Positions 1-9,274 are shown, counted from the stretch's first letter. The stretch: DNA of 39,398 nt from Frankiales bacterium (GCA_033851695.1 JAWWOL010000007.1:1-39398), one strand, 5' to 3'. Notes: generated by a model from the sequence alone, not told the origin. Program-made: numbers and translations.

Positions 1-25
1 TCCCGACTACTTCACCCTCGACTGA
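1..25 (+). CDS. deoC: 3' end of deoxyribose-phosphate aldolase (partial)
   Basis: Frame 2 reads ...PDYFTLD*, resembling the C-terminus of actinobacterial DeoC. It precedes the aldehyde dehydrogenase pair usually found after deoC. Only 7 codons are visible. Confidence 0.6.
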
Positions 26-35
26 TGGGCCTGCG

Positions 36-1496
36 ATGACCTTCGACTACGCACCGGCGCCCGAGTCGCGGGACGTGGCCAAGCTGCGTTCCTCGTACGG
101 GCTCTACATCGGCGGTGAGTTCGTCGATCCGCTCGGCGGGGATGCCTTCAAGACGGTCAACCCCGCGACGGAGGAGGTGCTGGCCGAGGTTGCCGCGGCC
201 TCGGCGGAGGACGTCCACCGGGCGGTCATGGCCGCCCGCAAGGCCTACGACGAGGTGTGGCGGGGGCTGCCCGGACGCGAGCGGGCGAAGTACCTGTTCC
301 GGATCGCGCGCATCCTGCAGGAGCGGTCCCGCGAGCTGGCCGTCGTCGAGACCCTCGACAACGGCAAGCCGATCCGCGAGTCCCGCGACGTCGACATCCC
401 TTTGGCAGCAGCGCATTTCTTCTACTACGCGGGCTGGGCCGACAAGCTGCCGTACGCCGGTCTGGGCGCGGACCCGCAGCCGCTGGGGGTCGCCGCGCAA
501 GTGATCCCGTGGAACTTCCCGTTGCTGATGCTGGCGTGGAAGATCGCGCCCGCGCTGGCTGCCGGCAACACCGTGGTCCTCAAGCCGGCCGAGACCACCC
601 CGCTGACGGCGCTGCTGTTCGCCGAGATCTGCCAGCAGGCCGACCTGCCGCCTGGGGTGGTCAACATCCTCACCGGGGCGGGGGAGACCGGACGGGCGCT
701 GGTCGGCCACCCGGGAGTCGACAAGGTCGCGTTCACCGGTTCGACCGAGGTGGGCAAGGAGATCCTGCGGACGCTGGCCGGGTCCCGTACGAAACTGACC
801 CTCGAGCTCGGCGGCAAGGCAGCCAACATCGTCTTCGACGACGCACCGATCGACCAGGCGGTCGAGGGCATCGTCAACGGGATCTTCTTCAACCAGGGCC
901 ACGTCTGCTGCGCAGGATCTCGCCTGCTCGTGCAGGAGTCCGTGCTGGATCCCCTGCTGGACAAGCTCAAGCGGCGACTCGGCACCCTGCGCCTCGGTGA
1001 CCCCATGGACAAGAACACCGACATCGGTGCCATCAACTCCGCGGAACAGCTGGCCCGGATCACGGCGCTCGCCGACTCGGGGGTAGCCGAGGGTGCGACC
1101 CGATGGAGTCCGGAGTGCGAGCTGCCGGGGACCGGCTTCTGGTTCGCGCCGACGTTGTTCACCGATGTCGCGCAGTCGACCCGCATCGCCCGCGAGGAGA
1201 TCTTCGGGCCGGTGCTGTCCGTGCTGACGTTCCGTACTCCCGATGAGGCGGTCGAGAAGGCCAACAACACACCGTACGGGCTCTCGGCCGGCGTCTGGAC
1301 GGAGAAGGGCTCGCGCATCCTGTGGATGGCGCAGCGGCTCCGTGCCGGCGTGGTGTGGGCCAACACGTTCAACCGGTTCGACCCGGCGTCGCCGTTCGGC
1401 GGTTACAAGGAGTCGGGGTTCGGCCGCGAGGGCGGCGTCCCCGGGCTGGCCGCCTACCTCGCGGTCGGCTCGGCTGAGGGAGGCCAGCATGGCTGA
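36..1496 (+). CDS. Aldehyde dehydrogenase (NAD-dependent, full length)
   Basis: Motifs PWNFP, LKPAE, FTGSTEVG, LELGGK (catalytic Glu), FNQGHVCCAG (catalytic Cys), EEIFGP and FGGYKESGFGRE. Confidence 0.95.
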   Translation: MTFDYAPAPESRDVAKLRSSYGLYIGGEFVDPLGGDAFKTVNPATEEVLAEVAAASAEDVHRAVMAARKAYDEVWRGLPGRERAKYLFRIARILQERSRELAVVETLDNGKPIRESRDVDIPLAAAHFFYYAGWADKLPYAGLGADPQPLGVAAQVIPWNFPLLMLAWKIAPALAAGNTVVLKPAETTPLTALLFAEICQQADLPPGVVNILTGAGETGRALVGHPGVDKVAFTGSTEVGKEILRTLAGSRTKLTLELGGKAANIVFDDAPIDQAVEGIVNGIFFNQGHVCCAGSRLLVQESVLDPLLDKLKRRLGTLRLGDPMDKNTDIGAINSAEQLARITALADSGVAEGATRWSPECELPGTGFWFAPTLFTDVAQSTRIAREEIFGPVLSVLTFRTPDEAVEKANNTPYGLSAGVWTEKGSRILWMAQRLRAGVVWANTFNRFDPASPFGGYKESGFGREGGVPGLAAYLAVGSAEGGQHG

Positions 1497-2346
1497 GGAC
1501 CGCATCGGCGTCCGCAAGACGTACAAGCTCTACGTGGGAGGGGCTTTCCCGCGCTCGGAGTCCGGCCGGACGTACGAGGTCGTCGGTGCGTCCGGCCAGT
1601 TCCTTGCCAACGCGGCGCAGGCCTCGCGCAAGGATGCCAGGGACGCGGTGGTGGCTGCCCGCAAGGCTTTCCCGTCGTGGTCGGCGGCTACTGCCTACAA
1701 CCGCGGCCAGGTCCTCTACCGGGTCGCCGAGCTGCTCGAGGGCAGGCGCTCGCAGTTCGTGGACGAGGTGGCGCTGGCCGGCGGGCTGTCGCCGGAGCAG
1801 GCGCAGCGCGAGGTTGCCGAGGCGATCGACCGCTGGGTCTGGTACGCGGGCTGGTCGGACAAGATCGCCGCTGTCGCAGGGGCCGCCAACCCGGTCGTCG
1901 GCCCGTACTTCAACTTCTCCGTACCCGAGCCGACCGGAGTCGTCGCGGTCATCGCACCTCAGTCGCCGTCGCTGCTCGGCCTGGTCTCGGTGGTCGCGCC
2001 GGTCATCGTCTCCGGCAACACCTGCGTGGTCGTGGCGAGTGAGCGGTCGCCGCTCCCGGCCGTCACGCTGAGCGAGGTGCTCGCGACGTCCGACCTGCCC
2101 GGCGGAGTGGTCAACCTGCTCACGGGCTTCACCGCCGAGCTGGCACCCGGACTGGCCGCCCACATGGACGTCAACGCGATCGACCTGGCCGGCGTCGAGG
2201 AGTTCGGCGACCTGCAGCGGGCGGCTGCCGACAACGTCAAGCGGGTCGTCGTGCCGTCGGAGACGGACTGGTACGCCGATCCCGGCACAGCGCGGCTGAC
2301 CGCCTTCCTCGAGACCAAGACGGTCTGGCACCCGGTCGGCGTCTGA
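1489..2346 (+). CDS. Short aldehyde dehydrogenase family protein (NAD-binding domain only, about 285 aa)
   Basis: ATG at 1489 follows GGAGG and overlaps the upstream stop. It has the ALDH N-terminal domain (KLYVGG, EPTGVVAVI, LPGGVVNLLTG) and C-terminal ETKTVW, but no ELGGK or catalytic Cys domain. Confidence 0.88.
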   Translation: MAEDRIGVRKTYKLYVGGAFPRSESGRTYEVVGASGQFLANAAQASRKDARDAVVAARKAFPSWSAATAYNRGQVLYRVAELLEGRRSQFVDEVALAGGLSPEQAQREVAEAIDRWVWYAGWSDKIAAVAGAANPVVGPYFNFSVPEPTGVVAVIAPQSPSLLGLVSVVAPVIVSGNTCVVVASERSPLPAVTLSEVLATSDLPGGVVNLLTGFTAELAPGLAAHMDVNAIDLAGVEEFGDLQRAAADNVKRVVVPSETDWYADPGTARLTAFLETKTVWHPVGV

Positions 2347-2388
2347 CCCGGCGCGGGTGACGGCCAGGTAACAAGTGGATTCGCCCTC

Positions 2389-2418
2389 TTGACGGGCTCC
2401 GGGCACTCTCGCTACGTT
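2389..2418 (+). promoter_or_regulatory. Putative housekeeping-sigma promoter of csnR (-35 TTGACG, -10 TACGTT)
   Basis: TTGACG at 2389-2394 and TACGTT at 2413-2418 with an 18-nt spacer, directly upstream of the operator palindrome. Confidence 0.6.
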
Positions 2419-2421
2419 CCC

Positions 2422-2452
2422 GGCACTGACAGGAAAGTTTCCTTACAGTGCC
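2422..2452. promoter_or_regulatory. CsnR-type operator palindrome
   Basis: GGCACTG-AC-AGGAAA-G-TTTCCT-TA-CAGTGCC. The core AGGAAANTTTCCT (2431-2443) matches the operator known for the Streptomyces ROK repressor CsnR and lies between the promoter and the ROK gene. Confidence 0.8.
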
Positions 2453-2473
2453 CTGCGAGAGCCGGGAGGGCAG

Positions 2474-3682
2474 TTGAACCGCACCGGCACGCCGCAGCTG
2501 CTCCGCGCGATCAACGACCGCGCGGCGCTCGACCTGCTGCTGCGCCATGGCTCGCTCTCGCGCACCCAGCTGGGTGAGCTGACCGGCCTGTCCAAGGTGA
2601 CCGCGTCCCAGCTGCTCGGTCGGCTCGAGGCGGACGGCCTGGTGGTCCCGGTGGGCATGAGTACGGGGGCCCGCGGCCCGGGTGCCCAGCTCTACGCGGT
2701 GGCCGGCTCCGTGGCGCACGTCGCCGCCGTCGACGTCATCCCGTCGCAGCTCACCGTGACGGTCGCGGACCTCGCGGGGCGCGTCACCGGCGAGGCGGTC
2801 GTCCGCACCGGTCGCGGTGGCGGCGCCGACCCGGTCGGGGACATCCGGCGCGGGCTCGTCGCCGCCACGGCGGCGGCCGGCGTGTCCGGCGTCGACCATG
2901 TCGTCATCGGCGCCCCCGGCGTCTACGACCCGACCACCGACCGGCTGGCCCACGCGACCCACCTCACGACCTGGTCCAAGCCCGGCGTCCTGTCCACCTT
3001 GCAGGACCTGCTCGGCGTACCCGTGGACCTGGAGAACAACGTCAACCTGGCGGCCATCGCCGAGCGGGACGCCGGGGTGGCGCGGGACGTGGACAGTTTC
3101 GCCATGCTCTGGGTCAGCGCTGGCCTCGGCATGGCCATCGACCTCGGTGGCACCCTGCACCGGGGCGCCACCGGCGGGGCAGGGGAGATCGGCTACATGC
3201 CGGTCGCTGCCGCCCCGGGGCAGGCTCGGGGCCGGCGGTTCCAGGACCTCGTCGGTGGTCCGGCCGTGCTGCGGCTGGCCAAGGAGCACGGCTTCAACGG
3301 CCGTACGGCTGAGGTGGCCGTACGCCGGGCAGCTGCCGCCGGACCCGCCGGAAAGCCTTTGCTGACAGAGCTTTCCGCCCGGCTTGCCACCGGCCTGTCC
3401 ACGATCGTGGCAGTGCTCGACCCCAGCCTGGTCGTCCTCACCGGGGATGTCGCGCTTGCCGGAGGAACCGTCCTGCGTGGCCTCGTGGAGCGCAGGCTGC
3501 GCGACCTGACGCCGCTCCGCCCGCGGGTCGCGCTCAGCGCCGTTGACGGCAATGCGGTGACTGCGGGCGCGCTCGTCATGGCCCTGGGCCTGGTCCGCGA
3601 CGTGCACTTCGGCTCCCCCCACAGCAGCAAGCCCCACCCCGCCCGCACGAAGGAGCAGTTCAGTGACAGCTCGTCTGCGTAG
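2474..3682 (+). CDS. csnR: ROK-family transcriptional repressor (CsnR-like)
   Basis: N-terminal HTH (LLRAINDRAALDLL...SRTQLGELTGLSKVT) and ROK motifs ENNVNLAAIAE and GGAGEIGY. TTG start after GGGAGGG. Gene order matches csnREFGHK. Confidence 0.85.
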   Translation: MNRTGTPQLLRAINDRAALDLLLRHGSLSRTQLGELTGLSKVTASQLLGRLEADGLVVPVGMSTGARGPGAQLYAVAGSVAHVAAVDVIPSQLTVTVADLAGRVTGEAVVRTGRGGGADPVGDIRRGLVAATAAAGVSGVDHVVIGAPGVYDPTTDRLAHATHLTTWSKPGVLSTLQDLLGVPVDLENNVNLAAIAERDAGVARDVDSFAMLWVSAGLGMAIDLGGTLHRGATGGAGEIGYMPVAAAPGQARGRRFQDLVGGPAVLRLAKEHGFNGRTAEVAVRRAAAAGPAGKPLLTELSARLATGLSTIVAVLDPSLVVLTGDVALAGGTVLRGLVERRLRDLTPLRPRVALSAVDGNAVTAGALVMALGLVRDVHFGSPHSSKPHPARTKEQFSDSSSA

Positions 3683-5066
3683 GACTGCCGGCGTCGCCTC
3701 CCTCGGCGCGGTCGCCCTGACCCTCGCCGCGTGCGGCACGAGCGGCAGCTCGTCGAACGCCGGGCCAGGGGGAGCCACGACCACGGCGGGCGCGCCTGCG
3801 GCAGCGACCACGTCGGCGTCGCCGCTGCCGTCGGCGCCGGCCAAGGTCAGCGGCACCGTACAGCTGTGGCACTTCTTCACCGGCCGGGAGGCCAAGGCGA
3901 TCGACGCCGTGGTGGCCGACTTCGAGAAGGCCTACCCCGACATCAAGGTCGTGGTGAAATCCGGGCAGGACGACACCAAGGCCACCCAGGCCATCTCGGC
4001 CGGCAAGGGCCCGGACGTGGACCTGTCCTACTCCACCGACATCACCGGGAAGTTCTGCTCCTCCGGCGCTTTCCGCGACCTGGGCCCGTACATCGCCAGG
4101 GACAAGGTCGACCTCAGCCAGATCCCGCAGTCGGTGCAGTCCTACACCGAGTACAAGGGCGTTCGCTGCGAGATGCCCTTCCTGGCCGACACCTACGGCC
4201 TCTACTACAACAAGACGATGCTGGCCGCCGCCGGCTACACCTCGCCGCCGAAGACGATGAGCGAGCTGACGACCATGGCGGAGAAGCTGACCAAGCGCAA
4301 CGCGGACGGCTCGATCAAGGTGGCCGGTTTCGTGCCGACGGTCGGCTACTACGAGAACGCGCCCGCCCACTACGCCCCGACGTTCGGCGCGACCTGGCTG
4401 AAGCCTGACGGCACCTCGAACATCGGCACCGACAAGAGCTGGCAGCCCTACCTCAGCTGGATCCAGACCCTGACCAAGTTCTACGGCCAGGACAAGCTCG
4501 CGAAGTTCGTCGCCGGTGCCGGCCAGGAGTTCTCGGCCGACAACGACTTCGAGAAGGGCAAGGTCGCGATGATGATCGACGGTGAGTACCGCAACGCCTT
4601 CATCACGAGCGAGCACCCGGAGCTGTCGTACGCGACGGCGCCGTTCCCGACGGCCGACGACAAGACCAACCTGTACGGCGGAGGCTACGTCACGGGCAAC
4701 ATCTTCGTGATCGGCAAGGGCGCGAAGAACCCCGAGGCGGCCTGGGTCCTCATCAAGTACCTCACGTCCGACACCGCCGCCATGGTCAAGCTGGCCAACG
4801 GCATCAAGAACGTCCCGACGTGGAACCCGGCGCTCAACTCGCCGGACCTGGTGGCGGACGCCAACTTCAAGACGTTCCTTGACGTGTTCGCCAGCCCGAA
4901 CACGGCGACCACGCCGGCCAGTCCCAATGGCGGCGCCTACCAGGTCACCTTCCAGAACTGGATCCAGAAGTGGCAGACCGGCAAGGCGGGCACCGACCTG
5001 CAGGGCGGTCTCAACAGCGTCGACAAGCAGATCAACGACGCACTGAAGCTGGGCACCGCGCCTTGA
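3663..5066 (+). CDS. csnE: Sugar ABC transporter substrate-binding lipoprotein (CsnE-like, chitosan oligosaccharide)
   Basis: Lipobox LAAC, Ser/Ala/Thr linker, family-1 SBP motifs (LYYNK, GKVAMMIDGEYR) and RBS AAGGAG. Confidence 0.85.
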   Translation: MTARLRRTAGVASLGAVALTLAACGTSGSSSNAGPGGATTTAGAPAAATTSASPLPSAPAKVSGTVQLWHFFTGREAKAIDAVVADFEKAYPDIKVVVKSGQDDTKATQAISAGKGPDVDLSYSTDITGKFCSSGAFRDLGPYIARDKVDLSQIPQSVQSYTEYKGVRCEMPFLADTYGLYYNKTMLAAAGYTSPPKTMSELTTMAEKLTKRNADGSIKVAGFVPTVGYYENAPAHYAPTFGATWLKPDGTSNIGTDKSWQPYLSWIQTLTKFYGQDKLAKFVAGAGQEFSADNDFEKGKVAMMIDGEYRNAFITSEHPELSYATAPFPTADDKTNLYGGGYVTGNIFVIGKGAKNPEAAWVLIKYLTSDTAAMVKLANGIKNVPTWNPALNSPDLVADANFKTFLDVFASPNTATTPASPNGGAYQVTFQNWIQKWQTGKAGTDLQGGLNSVDKQINDALKLGTAP

Positions 5067-5983
5067 CCGGTCGGAGAGGCCTGTTCACCGCCGCGTTGAT
5101 GGCGCCGGCCACGATCGGCCTGCTCATCTTCTTCGTCTATCCGCTGTTTGCCACGTTCTACTTCTCCTTCACCCGGTTCGACCTGCTCTCCTCGCCGCAG
5201 TGGGTGGGGCTGCGCAACTACAAGTACTTCTTCACCGAGGACCCGGTCGTCTGGCAGGCCTTGCGCAACACCCTGTGGCTGGTCGTCGTGATGGTCCCGT
5301 GCCGGATCCTGTTCGCACTCGGTACGGCCGGCATCGTCACGCAGATCAAGCGACGGGCCGGGCTGCTGCGGACGCTCTTCTACCTGCCGGCGTTGGCTCC
5401 GCCGGTCGCCGCCACGGTGGCCTTCGTCTTCCTGTTCAACCCCGCCGTCGGCCCGGTCAACCAGGTGCTGGGCTTCGCGCACCTCTCCCAGCCCGGCTGG
5501 TTCGCCGACTCGACGTGGTCCAAGCCGGCCCTGGTGCTGCTGGGCTTGTGGGGCATCGGCGACATCATGATCATCTTCCTGGCCAGCCTGCTCGACGTAC
5601 CGAAGGACCAGTACGAGGCCGCCAGCCTGGACGGCGCGAACGGCCTGCAGCGGTTCCGCTACGTCACGATCCCGTCGATCAAGCCGGTGCTGCTGTTCGC
5701 CACCATCACCGGCGTCATCGACATGCTGCAGTACTTCACGCAGGCGACGGTGGCGGCCCAGGTCGCCAGCGGCCAGGCCAACAACGGGGCCGGCACGGCG
5801 ACCACGCTCGGCTATCCCAACGGCTCGACGCTGACCTTCTCGCAGTGGCTCTACCAGGAGGGTTTCACCAACTTCTACCTCGGCTACGCGAGCGCCATGT
5901 CCGTGCTCATGTTCCTCATCGCGATCGGGTTCATCGTCTTCCTGCTGCGCCGCTCCGGCTCCTTCCGCGGGGCGGAGGCATGA
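5063..5983 (+). CDS. csnF: Carbohydrate ABC transporter permease (CsnF-like)
   Basis: WVGLRNY and the EAA loop YEAASLDGA. The TTG start overlaps the csnE stop (TTGA); an alternative ATG lies at 5099. Confidence 0.88.
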   Translation: MTGRRGLFTAALMAPATIGLLIFFVYPLFATFYFSFTRFDLLSSPQWVGLRNYKYFFTEDPVVWQALRNTLWLVVVMVPCRILFALGTAGIVTQIKRRAGLLRTLFYLPALAPPVAATVAFVFLFNPAVGPVNQVLGFAHLSQPGWFADSTWSKPALVLLGLWGIGDIMIIFLASLLDVPKDQYEAASLDGANGLQRFRYVTIPSIKPVLLFATITGVIDMLQYFTQATVAAQVASGQANNGAGTATTLGYPNGSTLTFSQWLYQEGFTNFYLGYASAMSVLMFLIAIGFIVFLLRRSGSFRGAEA

Positions 5984-6864
5984 CCGCCGTCACGACCGTC
6001 GACCGGCCGGTCGTCACGCTGCGCTCGGTCCGCCGGGTCCGTACCGAGCGCAAGCTCTACTGGCTGGCCAAGCACGCCGTCGCGGTGGCGCTGGCGCTGG
6101 CGTTCGTCCTGCCGTTCGCGTTCATCATCCTGACGTCCATGATGAGCACGGCGCAGGCCGGCACCGCGAGCCTGTGGCCGCACTCGTGGCACCCGGGGAA
6201 CTACGCCAAGGTGTTCCAGACCGCCCCGATGTTCTCCTACCTCGGCAACACGCTGGAGTACGCGGTCCTCGCGACGGTCTTCATGCTGGTGTCGAGCGTT
6301 CCTGCGGCGTACGCGATGGCCCGGATCCGGTTCAGGGGCGCCAATCTCGCCTTCCTCGCGGTGCTCGGGGCGATGACGTTGCCGCCGCAGGTGACCCAGG
6401 TGCCGATCTACCTGATGTGGGCCAAGCTCAACCTCACCGGGACGCTGTGGCCGCTGATCCTGCCCAACCTCTTCGGTGACGCCTTCAGCATCTTCCTGCT
6501 GCGGCAGTTCCTCCTGACCATTCCCGAGGAGTACGGCGACGCCGCGCGATGTGACGGCTGCAGCGAGTGGCAGGTCATGACGCGGGTCATCCTGCCGATG
6601 GCCAAGCCGGCCCTCGCCGCTACCGGGATGTTCATGTTCCTGCTGTGCTGGAACGACTACTACGGGCCGTTGCTCTACACCAGCGAGAACAACGCACACT
6701 GGACGCTGTCGTACGGGCTCTCGCAGTTCCGCACGCTCTACCAGGTGCAGTGGAACCTCGTGATGGCGGCCACCCTCGTCGTCATGGTGCCGGTCATCGT
6801 GCTTTTCTTCTTCGCCCAGAAGGCGTTCGTCCAGGGCATCACGCTGACAGGAGTCAAGGGATGA
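5980..6864 (+). CDS. csnG: Carbohydrate ABC transporter permease (CsnG-like)
   Basis: ATGA overlap with csnF, EAA-like DAARCDG, WNDYYGP and C-terminal FVQGITLTGVKG. Confidence 0.9.
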   Translation: MTAVTTVDRPVVTLRSVRRVRTERKLYWLAKHAVAVALALAFVLPFAFIILTSMMSTAQAGTASLWPHSWHPGNYAKVFQTAPMFSYLGNTLEYAVLATVFMLVSSVPAAYAMARIRFRGANLAFLAVLGAMTLPPQVTQVPIYLMWAKLNLTGTLWPLILPNLFGDAFSIFLLRQFLLTIPEEYGDAARCDGCSEWQVMTRVILPMAKPALAATGMFMFLLCWNDYYGPLLYTSENNAHWTLSYGLSQFRTLYQVQWNLVMAATLVVMVPVIVLFFFAQKAFVQGITLTGVKG

Positions 6865-6947
6865 CCGCTCGGCAGCTGGCGCGACACGCCGTACGACACG
6901 CCAAGGGTCGCGCCAGGTGGCGGTGTGCGGGGGTGGGGCTGCGGTGA
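6861..6947 (+). CDS. Putative 28-aa bridging mini-ORF (MTARQLARHAVRHAKGRARWRCAGVGLR)
   Basis: The ATG overlaps the csnG stop (ATGA) and its TGA overlaps the csnH GTG start (GTGA). It contains a 10-bp inverted repeat. Confidence 0.35.
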   Translation: MTARQLARHAVRHAKGRARWRCAGVGLR

Positions 6948-8203
6948 AGCTGACCGTGGTGGGTGGCGGCTCGACCTACACGCCAGAGCTGGTCGACGGC
7001 ATCGCCAGGCTGCGCGACACGCTGCCGGTCGAACAGCTGGTGCTCACCGACCCGGCAGCTGACCGGCTTGCTCTCGTCGGATCCCTTGGCCGGCGCATGT
7101 TCTCGCGCGAGGGTCACGACGGGGTGGTCAGCTGGACGACCGATCTCGACGAGGCCGTCCGGGACGCCGACGTGGTGCTGCTCCAGCTGCGGATCGGCGG
7201 CCAGACGGCCCGTGCGGTCGACGAGACGCTGCCGCTCGAGTGCGGCTGTGTGGGACAGGAGACCACCGGGGCAGGGGGACTGGCCAAGGCGCTGCGGACG
7301 GTGCCGGTGGTCCTGGACGTGGCCGAACGGGTCCGCAAGCTGGCGAGGCCGGACGCCTGGATCGTCGACTTCACCAACCCGGTCGGCATCGTCACCCGAG
7401 CACTGCTGGACGCCGGTCACCGCGCGGTGGGCCTGTGCAACGTCGCGATCGGCTACCAGCGTCAGGCCGCGCAGCTGCTCGGAGTCGCCGCCTCCCGGAT
7501 CTCCCTGGACCACGTCGGCCTCAACCACCTGACCTGGGAGCGGGCTATCCGGCTGGACGGCGTCGACGTGCTGCCCCAGCTGATGGCCGAGCACGGGGAG
7601 GAGCTGGCCGGCCGTACGGGCATGCCGCTCGAGCTGTCCCGACGGCTGGGGGTGCTGCCGTCCTACTACCTGCGCTACTTCTACCAGCACGACGCGGTCG
7701 TGACCGAGCAGCGGTCGGAGCCGTCACGGGCGGCCAAGGTCGCGGCCATCGAGCGTGAGCTGCTGGAGATCTACGCCGACCCGGCGCTGGACACCAAGCC
7801 GGCCCTGCTCCAGCAGCGCGGTGGTGCCTACTACTCCGAAGCAGCAGTCGATCTGGTCGCCTCGCTGATGTCCGACGGGGGAGACGTGCAGGTCGTCAAC
7901 CTGCGCAACAACGGCACGTTCGCCGGGCTGTCCGACGATGCCGCGATCGAGGTGCCGGCCGTCATCGGCGCGCACGGGGCCACGCCGGTCGAGCTGGAAC
8001 CGCTGGCCCCGCTCTACGCCGGGCTGGTGCAGCACGTGTCCGCGTACGAGGAGCTCGCGCTTGAGGCCGCCCTGCAGGGTGGCCGCGAGCGGGTGTTCCG
8101 AGCCCTGCTGGCGCATCCGCTCATCGGCCAGCTCGACCGGGCGGAGCGGCTGACCGACCTGCTGCTCGCAGCCAACGCCCGCTACCTGCCGTGGGCGCAG
8201 TGA
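6944..8203 (+). CDS. csnH: Family 4 glycoside hydrolase (6-phospho-beta-glucosidase-like, CsnH)
   Basis: GH4 motifs GGGSTYTPE, GQETTGAGG, FTNP, GLCNV, GLNH and RGGAYYS. GTG start at 6944. Confidence 0.92.
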   Translation: MKLTVVGGGSTYTPELVDGIARLRDTLPVEQLVLTDPAADRLALVGSLGRRMFSREGHDGVVSWTTDLDEAVRDADVVLLQLRIGGQTARAVDETLPLECGCVGQETTGAGGLAKALRTVPVVLDVAERVRKLARPDAWIVDFTNPVGIVTRALLDAGHRAVGLCNVAIGYQRQAAQLLGVAASRISLDHVGLNHLTWERAIRLDGVDVLPQLMAEHGEELAGRTGMPLELSRRLGVLPSYYLRYFYQHDAVVTEQRSEPSRAAKVAAIERELLEIYADPALDTKPALLQQRGGAYYSEAAVDLVASLMSDGGDVQVVNLRNNGTFAGLSDDAAIEVPAVIGAHGATPVELEPLAPLYAGLVQHVSAYEELALEAALQGGRERVFRALLAHPLIGQLDRAERLTDLLLAANARYLPWAQ

Positions 8204-9201
8204 CCCGTCCCGCGGTCCTCGCCGTCGACGGGGGCGGCAGCAAGACCGACGTGCTGCTGGCCGATGCCGGCGGCCGGCTGCTCGCCCATGCCCGGGGCGC
8301 GGGCACCAACCCGCAGGTGATCGGGATCGACCTGGCGATGAGCCGGGTCCAGGCGCTGGTCGAGGAGGTGGCGTGGCAGTGCGGCCTCGTGGTCGGCAGC
8401 GGCCCGGTCGCCGATCACGCCGCCGTCTACCTCGCCGGCGTCGACCTGCCGGTCGAGGTCGAAGAGGTCGAGCACCGGGTGCTGGCCGCCGGGTGGGCTC
8501 CCTCCCACGTCGTCGACAATGACGTATTCGCCCTGCTCCGCGCCGGGACCAACAACCCGGACGCGGTCGCGGTGATCTGCGGGACCGGCATCAACTGCGT
8601 CGGCGTCCGGCACGACGGAGCGACGTCGCGCTTTCCCGCGCTCGGCCCGATCACCGGTGACTGGGGCGGCGGAGGGCATCTGGGGGAGAAGGCGCTGTGG
8701 TGGGCCGCCCGCAGCGAGGATGGCCGGGCCGAGCGGTCGTTGTTGACGACCGCAGTTGCCGGCCATTTCGGGCTGCCGTCGGTGATGGCGGTTGCGGAGG
8801 CGTTGCACTTCGGCCGGATCGACGAGCACCGGCTCGCCGAGCTGACCCCGGTGGTGTTCGATCAGGCCGCGGCGGGGGACTGGGTCGCGGTCAAGCTGGT
8901 CGCCCGGCTGGCCCTCGAGATCGCCGGCATGGCCACGGTGTCGCTGCGCCGGCTCGACCTGCTGTCCGCGAAGGCAGACGTCGTCCTCGGCGGCGGCGTC
9001 CTGCGCGCGGGTCATGACGGGCTGCTCGCGGACGTCGAGCGGCTGATCCGCGCGCAGGCCCCGGACGTGACGCTGCGCGTGGTCACGGACGCTCCGGTGG
9101 TCGGCGCGGTGCTGCTGGCCCTGGACCACGTGGGCGCCACTGCGGACGCCGAGGCCACGGCCCGGTCGGAGACCGCCGCATGGCTGCGCCGCACGTCCTG
9201 A
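8200..9201 (+). CDS. csnK: BadF/BadG/BcrA/BcrD-type sugar kinase (N-acetylglucosamine kinase-like, CsnK)
   Basis: LAVDGGGSKT, NDVFA, VICGTG and GDWGGG motifs. GTGA overlap with csnH. Confidence 0.88.
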   Translation: MTRPAVLAVDGGGSKTDVLLADAGGRLLAHARGAGTNPQVIGIDLAMSRVQALVEEVAWQCGLVVGSGPVADHAAVYLAGVDLPVEVEEVEHRVLAAGWAPSHVVDNDVFALLRAGTNNPDAVAVICGTGINCVGVRHDGATSRFPALGPITGDWGGGGHLGEKALWWAARSEDGRAERSLLTTAVAGHFGLPSVMAVAEALHFGRIDEHRLAELTPVVFDQAAAGDWVAVKLVARLALEIAGMATVSLRRLDLLSAKADVVLGGGVLRAGHDGLLADVERLIRAQAPDVTLRVVTDAPVVGAVLLALDHVGATADAEATARSETAAWLRRTS

Positions 9202-9214
9202 GGCTCGATCGTTA

Positions 9215-9274
9215 CTTGGCGAAACCTTGACGAAACCTTAGGCTATCTCTAGAGCCTGAAATAACTCCTGAAAT
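9215..9274 (+). repeat. Tandem direct repeats in an AT-rich intergenic region (putative regulator sites)
   Basis: CTTGGCGAAAC / CTTGACGAAAC / CTTAGGCTATC at an 11-bp period (9215-9247), plus CCTGAAAT twice (9255, 9267). Confidence 0.55.

Noticed and set aside
1243-1488. Long N-terminal extensions in the ORF track (1243, 4970, 5200, 12869, 18853, 20516, 34948, 35388, 36730)
   Set aside because: They overlap upstream genes. Downstream starts with SD sequences or stop/start overlaps fit the protein families better.
12-1526. 504-aa minus-strand ORF and similar long antisense ORFs (for example 2237-3895, 12944-14419, 22833-24428, 33954-35468)
   Set aside because: These are shadow frames of well-supported genes on the other strand. 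Long stop-free frames are expected at this GC content and they carry no family motifs.
9215-9274. CRISPR-like or iteron array
   Set aside because: The repeats are only 8-11 bp, contiguous and without spacers, and there is no cas or rep gene nearby.
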